DNA from: Myxococcota bacterium
GTDB lineage: Bacteria; Myxococcota_A; Polyangia; Polyangiales; Houyiibacteriaceae
Direction of reading: 5' to 3'
Length of the DNA stretch: 64,000 bases
Assembly: GCA_039030515.1 (NCBI GenBank)
Contig: JBCCEA010000004.1
Location: 32,001-96,000, forward strand
The notes under the pieces are model-generated. The model was not told the DNA's origin. It ran no database searches and saw nothing but the letters and a program-made list of their open reading frames with translations. A program made the position numbers and the translations under genes. Within the stretch, counting starts at the first letter, position 1. Every line of letters starts with the position of its first letter. Of this stretch, positions 49,042 through 57,349 are shown in pieces.

Positions 49042-49722
49042 TCAAGCATCCGCGGGAGCACGGCGCGCGCGGATGCGATGAACGGGTAAGCCGTCTTGCT
49101 CGGCCCTCAGCTCTCGATTGGAGGGATTTCCATAGGGATTTTCACTAAGCACGCACGGTTCATCGAACAGCGGATGGACCCGGAGCATGGCTTGAACCTG
49201 CTCCGCTCTCTCTTCCACATCGGTCTGAATGTAGAGTTCCCCCTTCGGTCGCATGAGCCGAGCCAAAGTGTCCAAAAACGGGGGCGAGAGCAAAAGTCGT
49301 TTCTGGTGACGCTTTTTCCACCAAGGATCGGGAAAGTGCACAAAGACGCGATGCACCGAGGAAGAAGGACTACAGCGCGCCAAAAGAGCTACTGCGTCTC
49401 CGGTCCACACCACCACATTGGACATCGACTCGCGCAGGCATCTTTGGGCCACGCGATAAGCCCACTTTGTTTTGATTTCGATCCCGATGATTCGATGATG
49501 TGGGACCAGCCGCGCTCGACGAAGCAGCGACTGCCCCCGGCCGAATCCGATATCGAGCTCGAGCCCCTCCGAACCGCCCGTCACGGATCGCAGATCGATA
49601 TCGCCGAGCGGAGCCCGAGGCGCGACCTCATCGTAGCGCCTGGGCGCCTCCGAATCGCTACGACCACACAGAAGCTCAGGTTCGTCTTGAGCGCAAGATT
49701 CGGGGTTTACTCGACTGTCCAT
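49042..49722 (-). CDS. trmB: tRNA (guanine-N7)-methyltransferase
   Basis: LDIGFGRG, GIE, FPDPWWKKRHQKR, QTD. Confidence 0.9.
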   Translation of the reverse strand: MDSRVNPESCAQDEPELLCGRSDSEAPRRYDEVAPRAPLGDIDLRSVTGGSEGLELDIGFGRGQSLLRRARLVPHHRIIGIEIKTKWAYRVAQRCLRESMSNVVVWTGDAVALLARCSPSSSVHRVFVHFPDPWWKKRHQKRLLLSPPFLDTLARLMRPKGELYIQTDVEERAEQVQAMLRVHPLFDEPCVLSENPYGNPSNRELRAEQDGLPVHRIRARRAPADA

Positions 49723-50714
49723 GTATGTCCTGAATGCAGCAGCGCGTGAAGATCACCGACGCCGGCTCGCGCGACTGCCGAGCTATTCTGCGCACGCACC
49801 GCGGCGTCGTACGCCGGAGCAGGATCTCGATAGAGCACGCCGAACGCGATAGGATCACCGAGTCCCGCCAAAAGAAACGCAACGCCGATGTTTTGTTCAT
49901 CGTGAACCAAGACTTCTGATTCTTCTGCGTCTCGACCGATCGTGACCACTTCCAGCTGCGCGTTGCGCAAGCGGATTCCCTTCTCGCGATTCGGGCCAAA
50001 CCGCATCGGCTGACCGGACTCCAACCACAGCTGAGACTCGGCAGCACGCTTTCTATCGGTCACGTCGGACCAGGCGCCGTCGTTGAACACGGGACAGTTC
50101 TGAAGGATCTCCACAAAAGAAGCACCGACGTGCGCATGTGCCTCTTTGAGTAACTCCGGGAGTCGTTTGCTAACGTCGTAACCGCGAGCCACGAAACGTC
50201 CTCCCGCTCCGAGAGCGAGACGAAGCGGCGAAACCGGCATGTCTACGGAGCCGAGCGGCGTGCTTGGAGTCACCTGACCTATGAGGGACGTCGGCGAATA
50301 CTGCCCTTTCGTCAATCCATAGATGCGGTTGTTGAAGAGAAGAATGTTGAGATCCACGTTTCTTCGAAGCGTGTGGAGCAAATGGTTCCCACCGATGCTG
50401 AGGGCGTCTCCGTCGCCCGTCACCACCCAAACCGAGACTTCGGGGTTGGCCAGCTTGAGGCCTGTCGCTACTGCGGGAGCACGACCGTGGATCGTATGAA
50501 ACCCGTAGGTGTTCATATAGTAAGGAAACCGAGCGGCACATCCGATGCCGCTGACAAAGACGGTCTGGCTCGGAGAGACACCGAGTTCAGGCAGCGTTCT
50601 CTGAACAGAGGCCAAAATCGCGTAGTCGCCGCAGCCAGGACACCAGCGCACGTCTTGATCGGACGCGTAGTCGGCTTTGCTGAACTTTGAACGGGTTGTG
50701 CTCGAGTCACTCAT
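49707..50714 (-). CDS. korB: 2-oxoacid:ferredoxin oxidoreductase beta subunit
   Basis: RWCPGCGD, SGIGC, HTIHGRA, GDGD..NN.IYGLTKGQ.SPT, QNC. Confidence 0.93.
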   Translation of the reverse strand: MSDSSTTRSKFSKADYASDQDVRWCPGCGDYAILASVQRTLPELGVSPSQTVFVSGIGCAARFPYYMNTYGFHTIHGRAPAVATGLKLANPEVSVWVVTGDGDALSIGGNHLLHTLRRNVDLNILLFNNRIYGLTKGQYSPTSLIGQVTPSTPLGSVDMPVSPLRLALGAGGRFVARGYDVSKRLPELLKEAHAHVGASFVEILQNCPVFNDGAWSDVTDRKRAAESQLWLESGQPMRFGPNREKGIRLRNAQLEVVTIGRDAEESEVLVHDEQNIGVAFLLAGLGDPIAFGVLYRDPAPAYDAAVRAQNSSAVARAGVGDLHALLHSGHTWTVE

Positions 50715-50727
50715 GGGATCCACCGCC

Positions 50728-52596
50728 TTAACTCGGCTCCAGTCGCGAGCGAAATACGGTTTCTAGCTCTACGATGCGGAAAGGTGCACCGGTCGGTCGG
50801 GCGTAGCTTTCTAGCTCGATCGAGAACTGCGCACGCAAATGGTGCACCAGCTGCCCCTGGTTTTTTTCGGGCACAATTACCCGCTCAAAACGACCGAGCA
50901 GCTCCCCCAGGCCTTGTGGCAGAGGGTTGAGATATCTGAGATGGGTATGTCCGATCGAACATCCCTCGCCCGCCAGCACACGCACCGCCTGGCGGACCGC
51001 TCCGTAGGTCGAGCCCCACGAAACGACCAAGAGCGTGCCTTCCTCTTCACCTACCTCGATCTTTTGCAGAGGCAGATCGTTGGCGATGCGGGCTACGCGT
51101 TCCGCTCGAATCTGAGACATCTTCAGGTGATTGCTCGGATCATAGCTTATGTTTCCGGAATCATGATGCTTTTCTAATCCGCCTATTCGATGCGCCATTC
51201 CGTCGGTGCCCGGACGCACCCAAGGACGGGCGAGGGTTTTTTCGTCCCTCAAAAACGGATGGTAGCCCTCGGGGTCCTCGCGAAACCGAACCGGAAACGG
51301 TTCGAGCTGGTCGACCTCCGGGAGTTTCCAGGGCTCTGATCCATTGGCGAGGTATCCATCGGTAAGCAGCATCACCGGCGTCATGTAACGAGTTGCGATA
51401 CGGACCGCTTCGATCGCAACGTCGAAACAATCGGAGGGAGTGCGGGCGGCTAGGACCGGCATGGGCGCATCGCCGTTTCTGCCCCATATCGCCATCATCA
51501 GGTCCGACTGCTCGGTTTTCGTGGGCAGACCTGTCGACGGGCCACCGCGTTGCACATCGATCACGACCAGAGGCAGCTCGGTCGCGATCGCGAGCCCAAG
51601 CGCTTCCCCCTTCAGCGCCAGTCCCGGTCCCGAAGTCGCGGTCACTCCCAGCGCACCACCAAAGGAAGCACCGATGGCGGCGCAGCATGCAGCGATCTCA
51701 TCTTCGGCCTGAAACGTCGTCACGTCGAAGTGCTTGAGCTTCGCCAAGGCGTGCAGAAGTGACGATGCCGGGGTGATCGGATAGCTGCCGTATACGACCG
51801 GCAGTCCTGCGAGACGCGCACCGGCTACGATCCCCCAAGCTGTAGCGTCGTTGCCCTGGATGTTCCGATACGTGCCGGGCGGAAGGTCGGCGGGCGGCAC
51901 CTGATACGCACCGATACCGCTCGGCATCTCAGCGGTTTCGCCAAACGCGTGGCCGGCCTTCACCGCAGCGATGTTTGCTTCGGCGATCACCGGTTGCGAC
52001 CGAAATTTTTGCGAGAGAAACTCAAAAGTGGTCTCGCAGTTGCGGTCGTAGAGCCAAAACACCAACCCAAGCGTCCACATATTCTTGCAGCGAGCCGCCT
52101 GTTTCGCGCTGAGTCCGAAATCTTTCACCGCCGCCGCAGTCAGTTTGTTGATGTCGATGCGCAAGACCCGATAGGCATCAAGCTGCGGATCTTCGAGAGG
52201 ATCGGTTTCGTATCCTGCCTTATTCAGGTTGGTGGTCGTAAAGGCCCCTACGTTGAGCAGGAGCAGACCGCCTTGGCGAAGGTCCGGCAGATGTACCTTC
52301 AGAGCCGCTGGGTTCATCGCAACCAGTGCATCTGGGGTGTCTCCGGGGGTGCGTACGTCGTGGGCCGCAAAGTGAACCTGAAAACCGGAAACGCCGTAGG
52401 TCGTCCCGGCTGGCGCGCGTATTTCGGCCGGGAAATCGGGAAAGGTCGCAAGATCGTTTCCCATGAGCGCGGTCGACTGGGTGAATTGATTTCCCGTCAG
52501 CTGCATCCCGTCGCCGGAATCACCCGCAAATCGGATCACGACTGCATCGAGAATCTCTCGGGCTCTACGGTCTTTTTGTGTCGCGGCGGGCTCCAT
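50728..52596 (-). CDS. korA: 2-oxoacid:ferredoxin oxidoreductase alpha subunit (gamma-alpha fusion)
   Basis: AGDSGDGMQLTG, FPAEIRAP, YPITPAS, QAEDEIA, TSGPG, QRGGPSTGLPTK. Confidence 0.93.
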   Translation of the reverse strand: MEPAATQKDRRAREILDAVVIRFAGDSGDGMQLTGNQFTQSTALMGNDLATFPDFPAEIRAPAGTTYGVSGFQVHFAAHDVRTPGDTPDALVAMNPAALKVHLPDLRQGGLLLLNVGAFTTTNLNKAGYETDPLEDPQLDAYRVLRIDINKLTAAAVKDFGLSAKQAARCKNMWTLGLVFWLYDRNCETTFEFLSQKFRSQPVIAEANIAAVKAGHAFGETAEMPSGIGAYQVPPADLPPGTYRNIQGNDATAWGIVAGARLAGLPVVYGSYPITPASSLLHALAKLKHFDVTTFQAEDEIAACCAAIGASFGGALGVTATSGPGLALKGEALGLAIATELPLVVIDVQRGGPSTGLPTKTEQSDLMMAIWGRNGDAPMPVLAARTPSDCFDVAIEAVRIATRYMTPVMLLTDGYLANGSEPWKLPEVDQLEPFPVRFREDPEGYHPFLRDEKTLARPWVRPGTDGMAHRIGGLEKHHDSGNISYDPSNHLKMSQIRAERVARIANDLPLQKIEVGEEEGTLLVVSWGSTYGAVRQAVRVLAGEGCSIGHTHLRYLNPLPQGLGELLGRFERVIVPEKNQGQLVHHLRAQFSIELESYARPTGAPFRIVELETVFRSRLEPS

Positions 52597-52728
52597 CGTG
52601 AAGGCTAAGTATGGGTGCGGTCGAAACCCCGTCCAGTGCAATCTATGGATGGGTGGTCGCGGCATCAAGCCAGAGTGAACAGTTACGATTGACACAAAAA
52701 AAGCGATCGGAGTACAGAGTTTTCGGAC

Positions 52729-55700
52729 ATGGCGCCACGCATCTCCACCCCAGTGCGACTTGGTCTTCTCTACCTCGCCCTGGTGCTGTCAGGCGCCGCA
52801 GCGCTCGCATACCAGACCGCTTGGGGTCGCATGCTTCAACGCATTTTTGGCGTGAGCGATCTTGCGGTCGCCACCGTCCTCGCGACGTTCTTTGCCGGAT
52901 TGGGCATCGGTTCTTGGCTGGGAGGCCGGTGGACTCAAAAGCTGACTCGCCCGGTGCGCGTCTATGCGCTCATAGAAGCCGCAATCGGCGCCTACGCACT
53001 GCTTTCTCTTCCGTGGATTCCTCAAGTTCACGTTATCTACGGAGTGTTGGGTAGAGGAGCATCCTTCGAGCTGCTCAGCGCGATTCGATGTTCGATCGCG
53101 ATGCTGCTGTTGCTGCCGCCCACCATCATGATGGGCGCGACACTACCGATTCTGATCGGGTTCATCTCTCGGCGTGAACGCGATTGGAGCGCACCGTCCA
53201 CGCTTCTCTACGCCGTCAACACCCTCGGAGCCGTGCTCGGGGCGGGGCTCACCGGCTTTTACCTGCTGCCCGTGCACGGCAATCAGTTCACGATCCTTAC
53301 CGCAGCATCCCTGAGCCTCGCTGCGGGAGCCGCGGTCCTGCTGGGCTGGCAGAACGCCCCAACTGAAGAACCAACCTCGGTTGAGGCGCTAGAGGCAAAG
53401 GGCGTCTCGACAGGAAACGCCCTCCCTTCACCGGAGGTAAGCGTGCCGGAGGCAAACGCGTCGGCTGTCGCTAGTCCTGCCCCTGAAAAGCCCGCCTCGA
53501 TCGACGACGTCGCCCGCGTTCAGGTCGCGATCACGTTGGCGACAATCTCTGGTTTCGCAGCCCTTGCCAGCGAGGTTCTTTGGACGCGCGTTCTTCGAAC
53601 CATCCTCGGAGGAACAACGATCGCGTTTTCGGCGATGCTCGTAAACTACCTCACGGGTATCGCCCTAGGCAGCCTGCTCGCAAAGCGCTGGGCTTGCCGC
53701 TACCGGCCCCAAAGACTCTTTGCGTGTACCCAGCTCGCCCTCGCGATCCTCACCCTGTGCTCCCTACTGCTCACCCCTCAAATGGTGCGCTGGATCCCGC
53801 TGCTGCGGGGCGACTTACAGCTTACGCCTCACGAGCCCTGGATCATTCTGACAGTTTCGGCAGCGCTACTCCTGCCGATCGCGCTCGCCTTGGGTACTTC
53901 GGTACCGCTCGCCTGGTCCATCGCGCAGCGAGACCCCACTCAGGCGCCAACCCAAGCGGGTTCCATTCTTGCCGCCAACACGATCGGTGGTCTTCTAGGT
54001 TCCATCGTCGCCGGCTTTGTACTCGTTCCAACCTCCGGCATCGAAACGGCGATTCACACGATCGCTTCGATTCACTGCGTATGCGCAGCGTTCGCCTGGG
54101 CTTCAGAGCAGCGAGATTCGCAGCCGCGCACCTCCAGGCGAAGGGCGCTCCCTGCGGTTTTTTTGCTCCTCTTTGCCGCAGTCCTTCCGATCTTCGGTCC
54201 TCCCCTGCACCTGCCGTATCTCCTCGACGCTCGCCACCAGGCCCAGGCCGCCTTGATCCGCGGACCCGGAGCTGAGTGGGAAGCTCCGCTGAAGTTCATT
54301 GAGGAAGGCCGAAACACGACGGTCACGCTCACATTTCGGGACGGCTCTTTGCGGCTGTACAACGACGGTCGTCCTGAATCCGGCTTCGGGCAGGCTGAGC
54401 CAGGCTTTGGCAGTGAGCTCATCTTGCTGGGCGGGCTTCCCTCGCTTTTTGCCGAAAGAACAGAGCGGGCCATGGTGGTCGGCCTCGGTGCCGGCCATAC
54501 GGCCACGATGCTGCTCCGCGGCCCCTGGCGCCAGGTGGACGTCGTGGAGCTAGAAGAAGCAGTCGTTCGCGCTGCACGGGTGCTGCACGAAGCACGCGAC
54601 AAGCCGTTTCCTCTCGACGATGCCCGCACCCGTCTCATCGTTGACGATGCGAGGGCGCAGCTCGCCCTTGCGGAAGAAGACAGCCTGGATGCGGTGGTCA
54701 GTCAACCGTCTCATCCCTGGCTTGCGGGCTCCAGTGCCCTATACACCCTGGAATTCTTTCAGGAGGTCGACCGTGCCCTGCGCCCCGGCGGCGTATGTTC
54801 GCTGTGGCTCAATATGTTCCGTATCGACCTCGTGCATGCTCGCTCGGTCCTCGCCACCCTCAATGCGGTGTTCTCGTCGGTTCAGGCCTTCATCATCGAC
54901 GATTCAAGCTTGATTATGCTCGCCGGCAACGGATCGCTGCAGTGGGACGAGGGAGTCGAGTCTCGCCTTGCCCTTCAGCCACTCAGCGATCTGCTGGCGG
55001 CCGCCAATATCCGGTCTACGGAGACGCTCGCCTCGTTTCTAGAGCTCGACGCCGAAGCGACGCGAGCCTGGACTCGCGATACCGAAACGATTCACGACGA
55101 TCGCCCCACTTTGGAGTTTGAACTCGCGCGGCTCGACCCGGAGGACGCGATCGACGGGCCTGCCTTGGAGCGCGCCGTGCAGCACCTTCCGTGGGTCGCC
55201 AGAGGCATCTTTGCACATCTTTCTGAGTCCAGTAGGGCCGAGGCGGTGCTCGAGCGAATCGAGCGTGTCCAATATCGACGCAGCGCTCTAAATCGTCTCG
55301 AGGCTTCGCTTGGAGGGCTCGATCTGAGCCGACCAAAGCACGCGCTCTTGGCGGGTAGAATCCATGAAGCAAGAGGAAACCTCCGCGCGGCGGCGGAAAC
55401 GTACGCCGATTCTTCGGATCCGGAAGCGATCTATAGGCTCGATCTGCTGCGCCACGACGAAGGACTGCATCGAGTGCTTCTGACCCACGCGCTGCAGAGA
55501 CACGCGTCTTCTCTCGACCATCAGCCACTTCTTTCTTCCGCGTTTGCAACTCAGTCTCGTTCGATGATGCGAAACGTGATTCAGCTCGTCCCCTTGGCCG
55601 AACACGCAGATCAACCGCTACTGCCCCTGGGAGCGGCCTTTGCACGCGGAGGATGCACGAGCCTACTCGCCGCCCCAGAGCTAGAAGCGCAAGCCTCCGA

Positions 55701-56070
55701 AGCGCTCTCGGTGGCGGCACTGGCGATGCGCTGTGCGTTTGAACATCGGCAAGTCGGCCAGGCTGCTCGGATGGAACGTCACTATGCAAGGCTCCTCAGA
55801 AGCAGAGCAGTCCGCGAAGCAAACCGGGGAAAAGCCGCGCAAGCGGCGGGCAACGGCGGCTTGGCCATGGTCCACTTCCGGCGTGCGCTCAAGTCCAATC
55901 CCGGCCACGGCGCTTCCGCAGCGACCTACGCGACGCAACTTGATCGACTGAATCGACGCGCCGAAGCGGAAGCCGTTCTCAGGCGAGCGGCTAGAGAAAC
56001 CAAAGGACTCCCCGCGTCGACCGCCGTAATACGCAATGCTGCGGCGACTCTTGGAATCGATCTGGAATAG
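52729..56070 (+). CDS. Fused MFS-like membrane / spermidine-synthase-like SAM-dependent protein with a C-terminal helical/TPR extension
   Basis: SG..AL.YQ..W.R.L, PPT..MGATLP, LYAVNTLGA..G, VGLGAGHT, VELE, DDAR, SQPSHPW, LYT.EFF. Confidence 0.88.
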   Translation: MAPRISTPVRLGLLYLALVLSGAAALAYQTAWGRMLQRIFGVSDLAVATVLATFFAGLGIGSWLGGRWTQKLTRPVRVYALIEAAIGAYALLSLPWIPQVHVIYGVLGRGASFELLSAIRCSIAMLLLLPPTIMMGATLPILIGFISRRERDWSAPSTLLYAVNTLGAVLGAGLTGFYLLPVHGNQFTILTAASLSLAAGAAVLLGWQNAPTEEPTSVEALEAKGVSTGNALPSPEVSVPEANASAVASPAPEKPASIDDVARVQVAITLATISGFAALASEVLWTRVLRTILGGTTIAFSAMLVNYLTGIALGSLLAKRWACRYRPQRLFACTQLALAILTLCSLLLTPQMVRWIPLLRGDLQLTPHEPWIILTVSAALLLPIALALGTSVPLAWSIAQRDPTQAPTQAGSILAANTIGGLLGSIVAGFVLVPTSGIETAIHTIASIHCVCAAFAWASEQRDSQPRTSRRRALPAVFLLLFAAVLPIFGPPLHLPYLLDARHQAQAALIRGPGAEWEAPLKFIEEGRNTTVTLTFRDGSLRLYNDGRPESGFGQAEPGFGSELILLGGLPSLFAERTERAMVVGLGAGHTATMLLRGPWRQVDVVELEEAVVRAARVLHEARDKPFPLDDARTRLIVDDARAQLALAEEDSLDAVVSQPSHPWLAGSSALYTLEFFQEVDRALRPGGVCSLWLNMFRIDLVHARSVLATLNAVFSSVQAFIIDDSSLIMLAGNGSLQWDEGVESRLALQPLSDLLAAANIRSTETLASFLELDAEATRAWTRDTETIHDDRPTLEFELARLDPEDAIDGPALERAVQHLPWVARGIFAHLSESSRAEAVLERIERVQYRRSALNRLEASLGGLDLSRPKHALLAGRIHEARGNLRAAAETYADSSDPEAIYRLDLLRHDEGLHRVLLTHALQRHASSLDHQPLLSSAFATQSRSMMRNVIQLVPLAEHADQPLLPLGAAFARGGCTSLLAAPELEAQASEALSVAALAMRCAFEHRQVGQAARMERHYARLLRSRAVREANRGKAAQAAGNGGLAMVHFRRALKSNPGHGASAATYATQLDRLNRRAEAEAVLRRAARETKGLPASTAVIRNAAATLGIDLE

Positions 56071-56298
56071 GCGCAAGGTTCTTTTGCAGGCGAGAAGCCT
56101 GAGACGAATAGCTGCAACCAGAGCGAAAGACGAGACTGCGACATTACCCAGTGGTTCCGTTCACCTGCAGCAACAAGTTCCCGGATCGTCGCGCTATGCA
56201 CCGATCGGCAAGTCCGAAAAAATGAAGCGATTTCCGTACATTCTCTTGACCCACGCGGCGAGACTGTCGTATCCAACATCCCGGACAGGAGGGCTCCC

Positions 56299-57186
56299 TT
56301 GGCCGTGAAAATCATCGCTGCAGACGACAGCGCTACGATGCGGACGATTCTCGAGATGACCTTTGCAGGTGAGAATGCAGAGGTTACTACGGTCCCAACG
56401 GCTCAAGCAGCGCTCGAAGCCATCAAGCAATCGCGACCTGATCTGGTGCTTGCAGACGCTTCGATGAAGCCAGACGGTTACGAACTCTGCAAAGTGATCC
56501 GAAGCGATACGCAAATCGCACATACCACGGTCATCTTGCTGGCCAGTCAGCACGTGCCGTTCGACGCGGACAAAGCCAAAGCTGTCGGCTTGGACGATCA
56601 CATCAACAAGCCTTTTGATACCCAAGCGCTTTTGGATAAGGTGAGCCAAGCGCTCTCCAAACCGCGCTCTGCGGCAGCATCCGTTCCAGCAGCGTCCACA
56701 CCGGCGGCGGCCAGTCCTGGAGCGCCCGCGCGACAACCCAACACGACCCGAAGACCTGCGGCGCCAACGCCAGCTATGCGACCATCCGCAAAATCTACGA
56801 TGGCGTTTGGCAGCGCTCCATCCCGCACTGCAGCGCCGCGTGCGGAACCCGAGCCGCTCGCGCGTCCAGCACCTCCAAAACCGATGGCGCCGAAGTCGAC
56901 TCCATCGCGACCTTCGCCCCCGTCGAGGCCCGCCATCGCCAAGCCTGTGGCGCCACCTCCTGCTGCTGCATCCAAGCCGGCTCCGATTTCGGCAAAAGCC
57001 TCCGCCGCTACCGCGACCCATGGAGACATGGCCACCAAGCTCAGCGAGTTGGGATTGAGCGGGACCCAAATCGATGGGGTGCTCGCGCTCTCACGAGAGG
57101 TGATCGAGCAGGTGGTTTGGGAAGTAGTGCCAGACCTGGCCGAAACGATCATTCGCGAAGAGATAAGCCGGCTCACTGCAGAGTGA
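56299..57186 (+). CDS. romR: RomR-like polarity response regulator (REC, Pro/Ala linker, Glu-rich tail)
   Basis: ADDSATMR..LEMTF receiver; C-terminal SREVIEQVVWEVVPDLAETIIREEI; upstream of valS; start TTG 56299 or GTG 56305. Confidence 0.85.
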   Translation: MAVKIIAADDSATMRTILEMTFAGENAEVTTVPTAQAALEAIKQSRPDLVLADASMKPDGYELCKVIRSDTQIAHTTVILLASQHVPFDADKAKAVGLDDHINKPFDTQALLDKVSQALSKPRSAAASVPAASTPAAASPGAPARQPNTTRRPAAPTPAMRPSAKSTMAFGSAPSRTAAPRAEPEPLARPAPPKPMAPKSTPSRPSPPSRPAIAKPVAPPPAAASKPAPISAKASAATATHGDMATKLSELGLSGTQIDGVLALSREVIEQVVWEVVPDLAETIIREEISRLTAE

Positions 57187-57219
57187 CCGACTGCAGAGTG
57201 ACCGACTGCAGAGTGACCG
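57175..57219 (+). repeat. 15-bp perfect tandem repeat ACTGCAGAGTGACCG x3 including the romR stop codon
   Basis: Copies at 57175, 57190 and 57205. Confidence 0.95.
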
Positions 57220-57349
57220 AGACCTGCATGGGTCTCCACGCCAGGCGGCTCGATCTGGGGTAAAGGATATGCGGGCATCTGAGCCTTGCCAAGCGGCTAA
57301 CCCACCTGCAATCGGTTGCCGTCTCCCTGAAAGAGCCTAAATATCGCGC

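Noticed and set aside
55016..57278. Long minus-strand ORFs (257, 291 and 226 aa)
   Set aside because: GC-rich shadows opposite the spermidine-synthase fusion and romR
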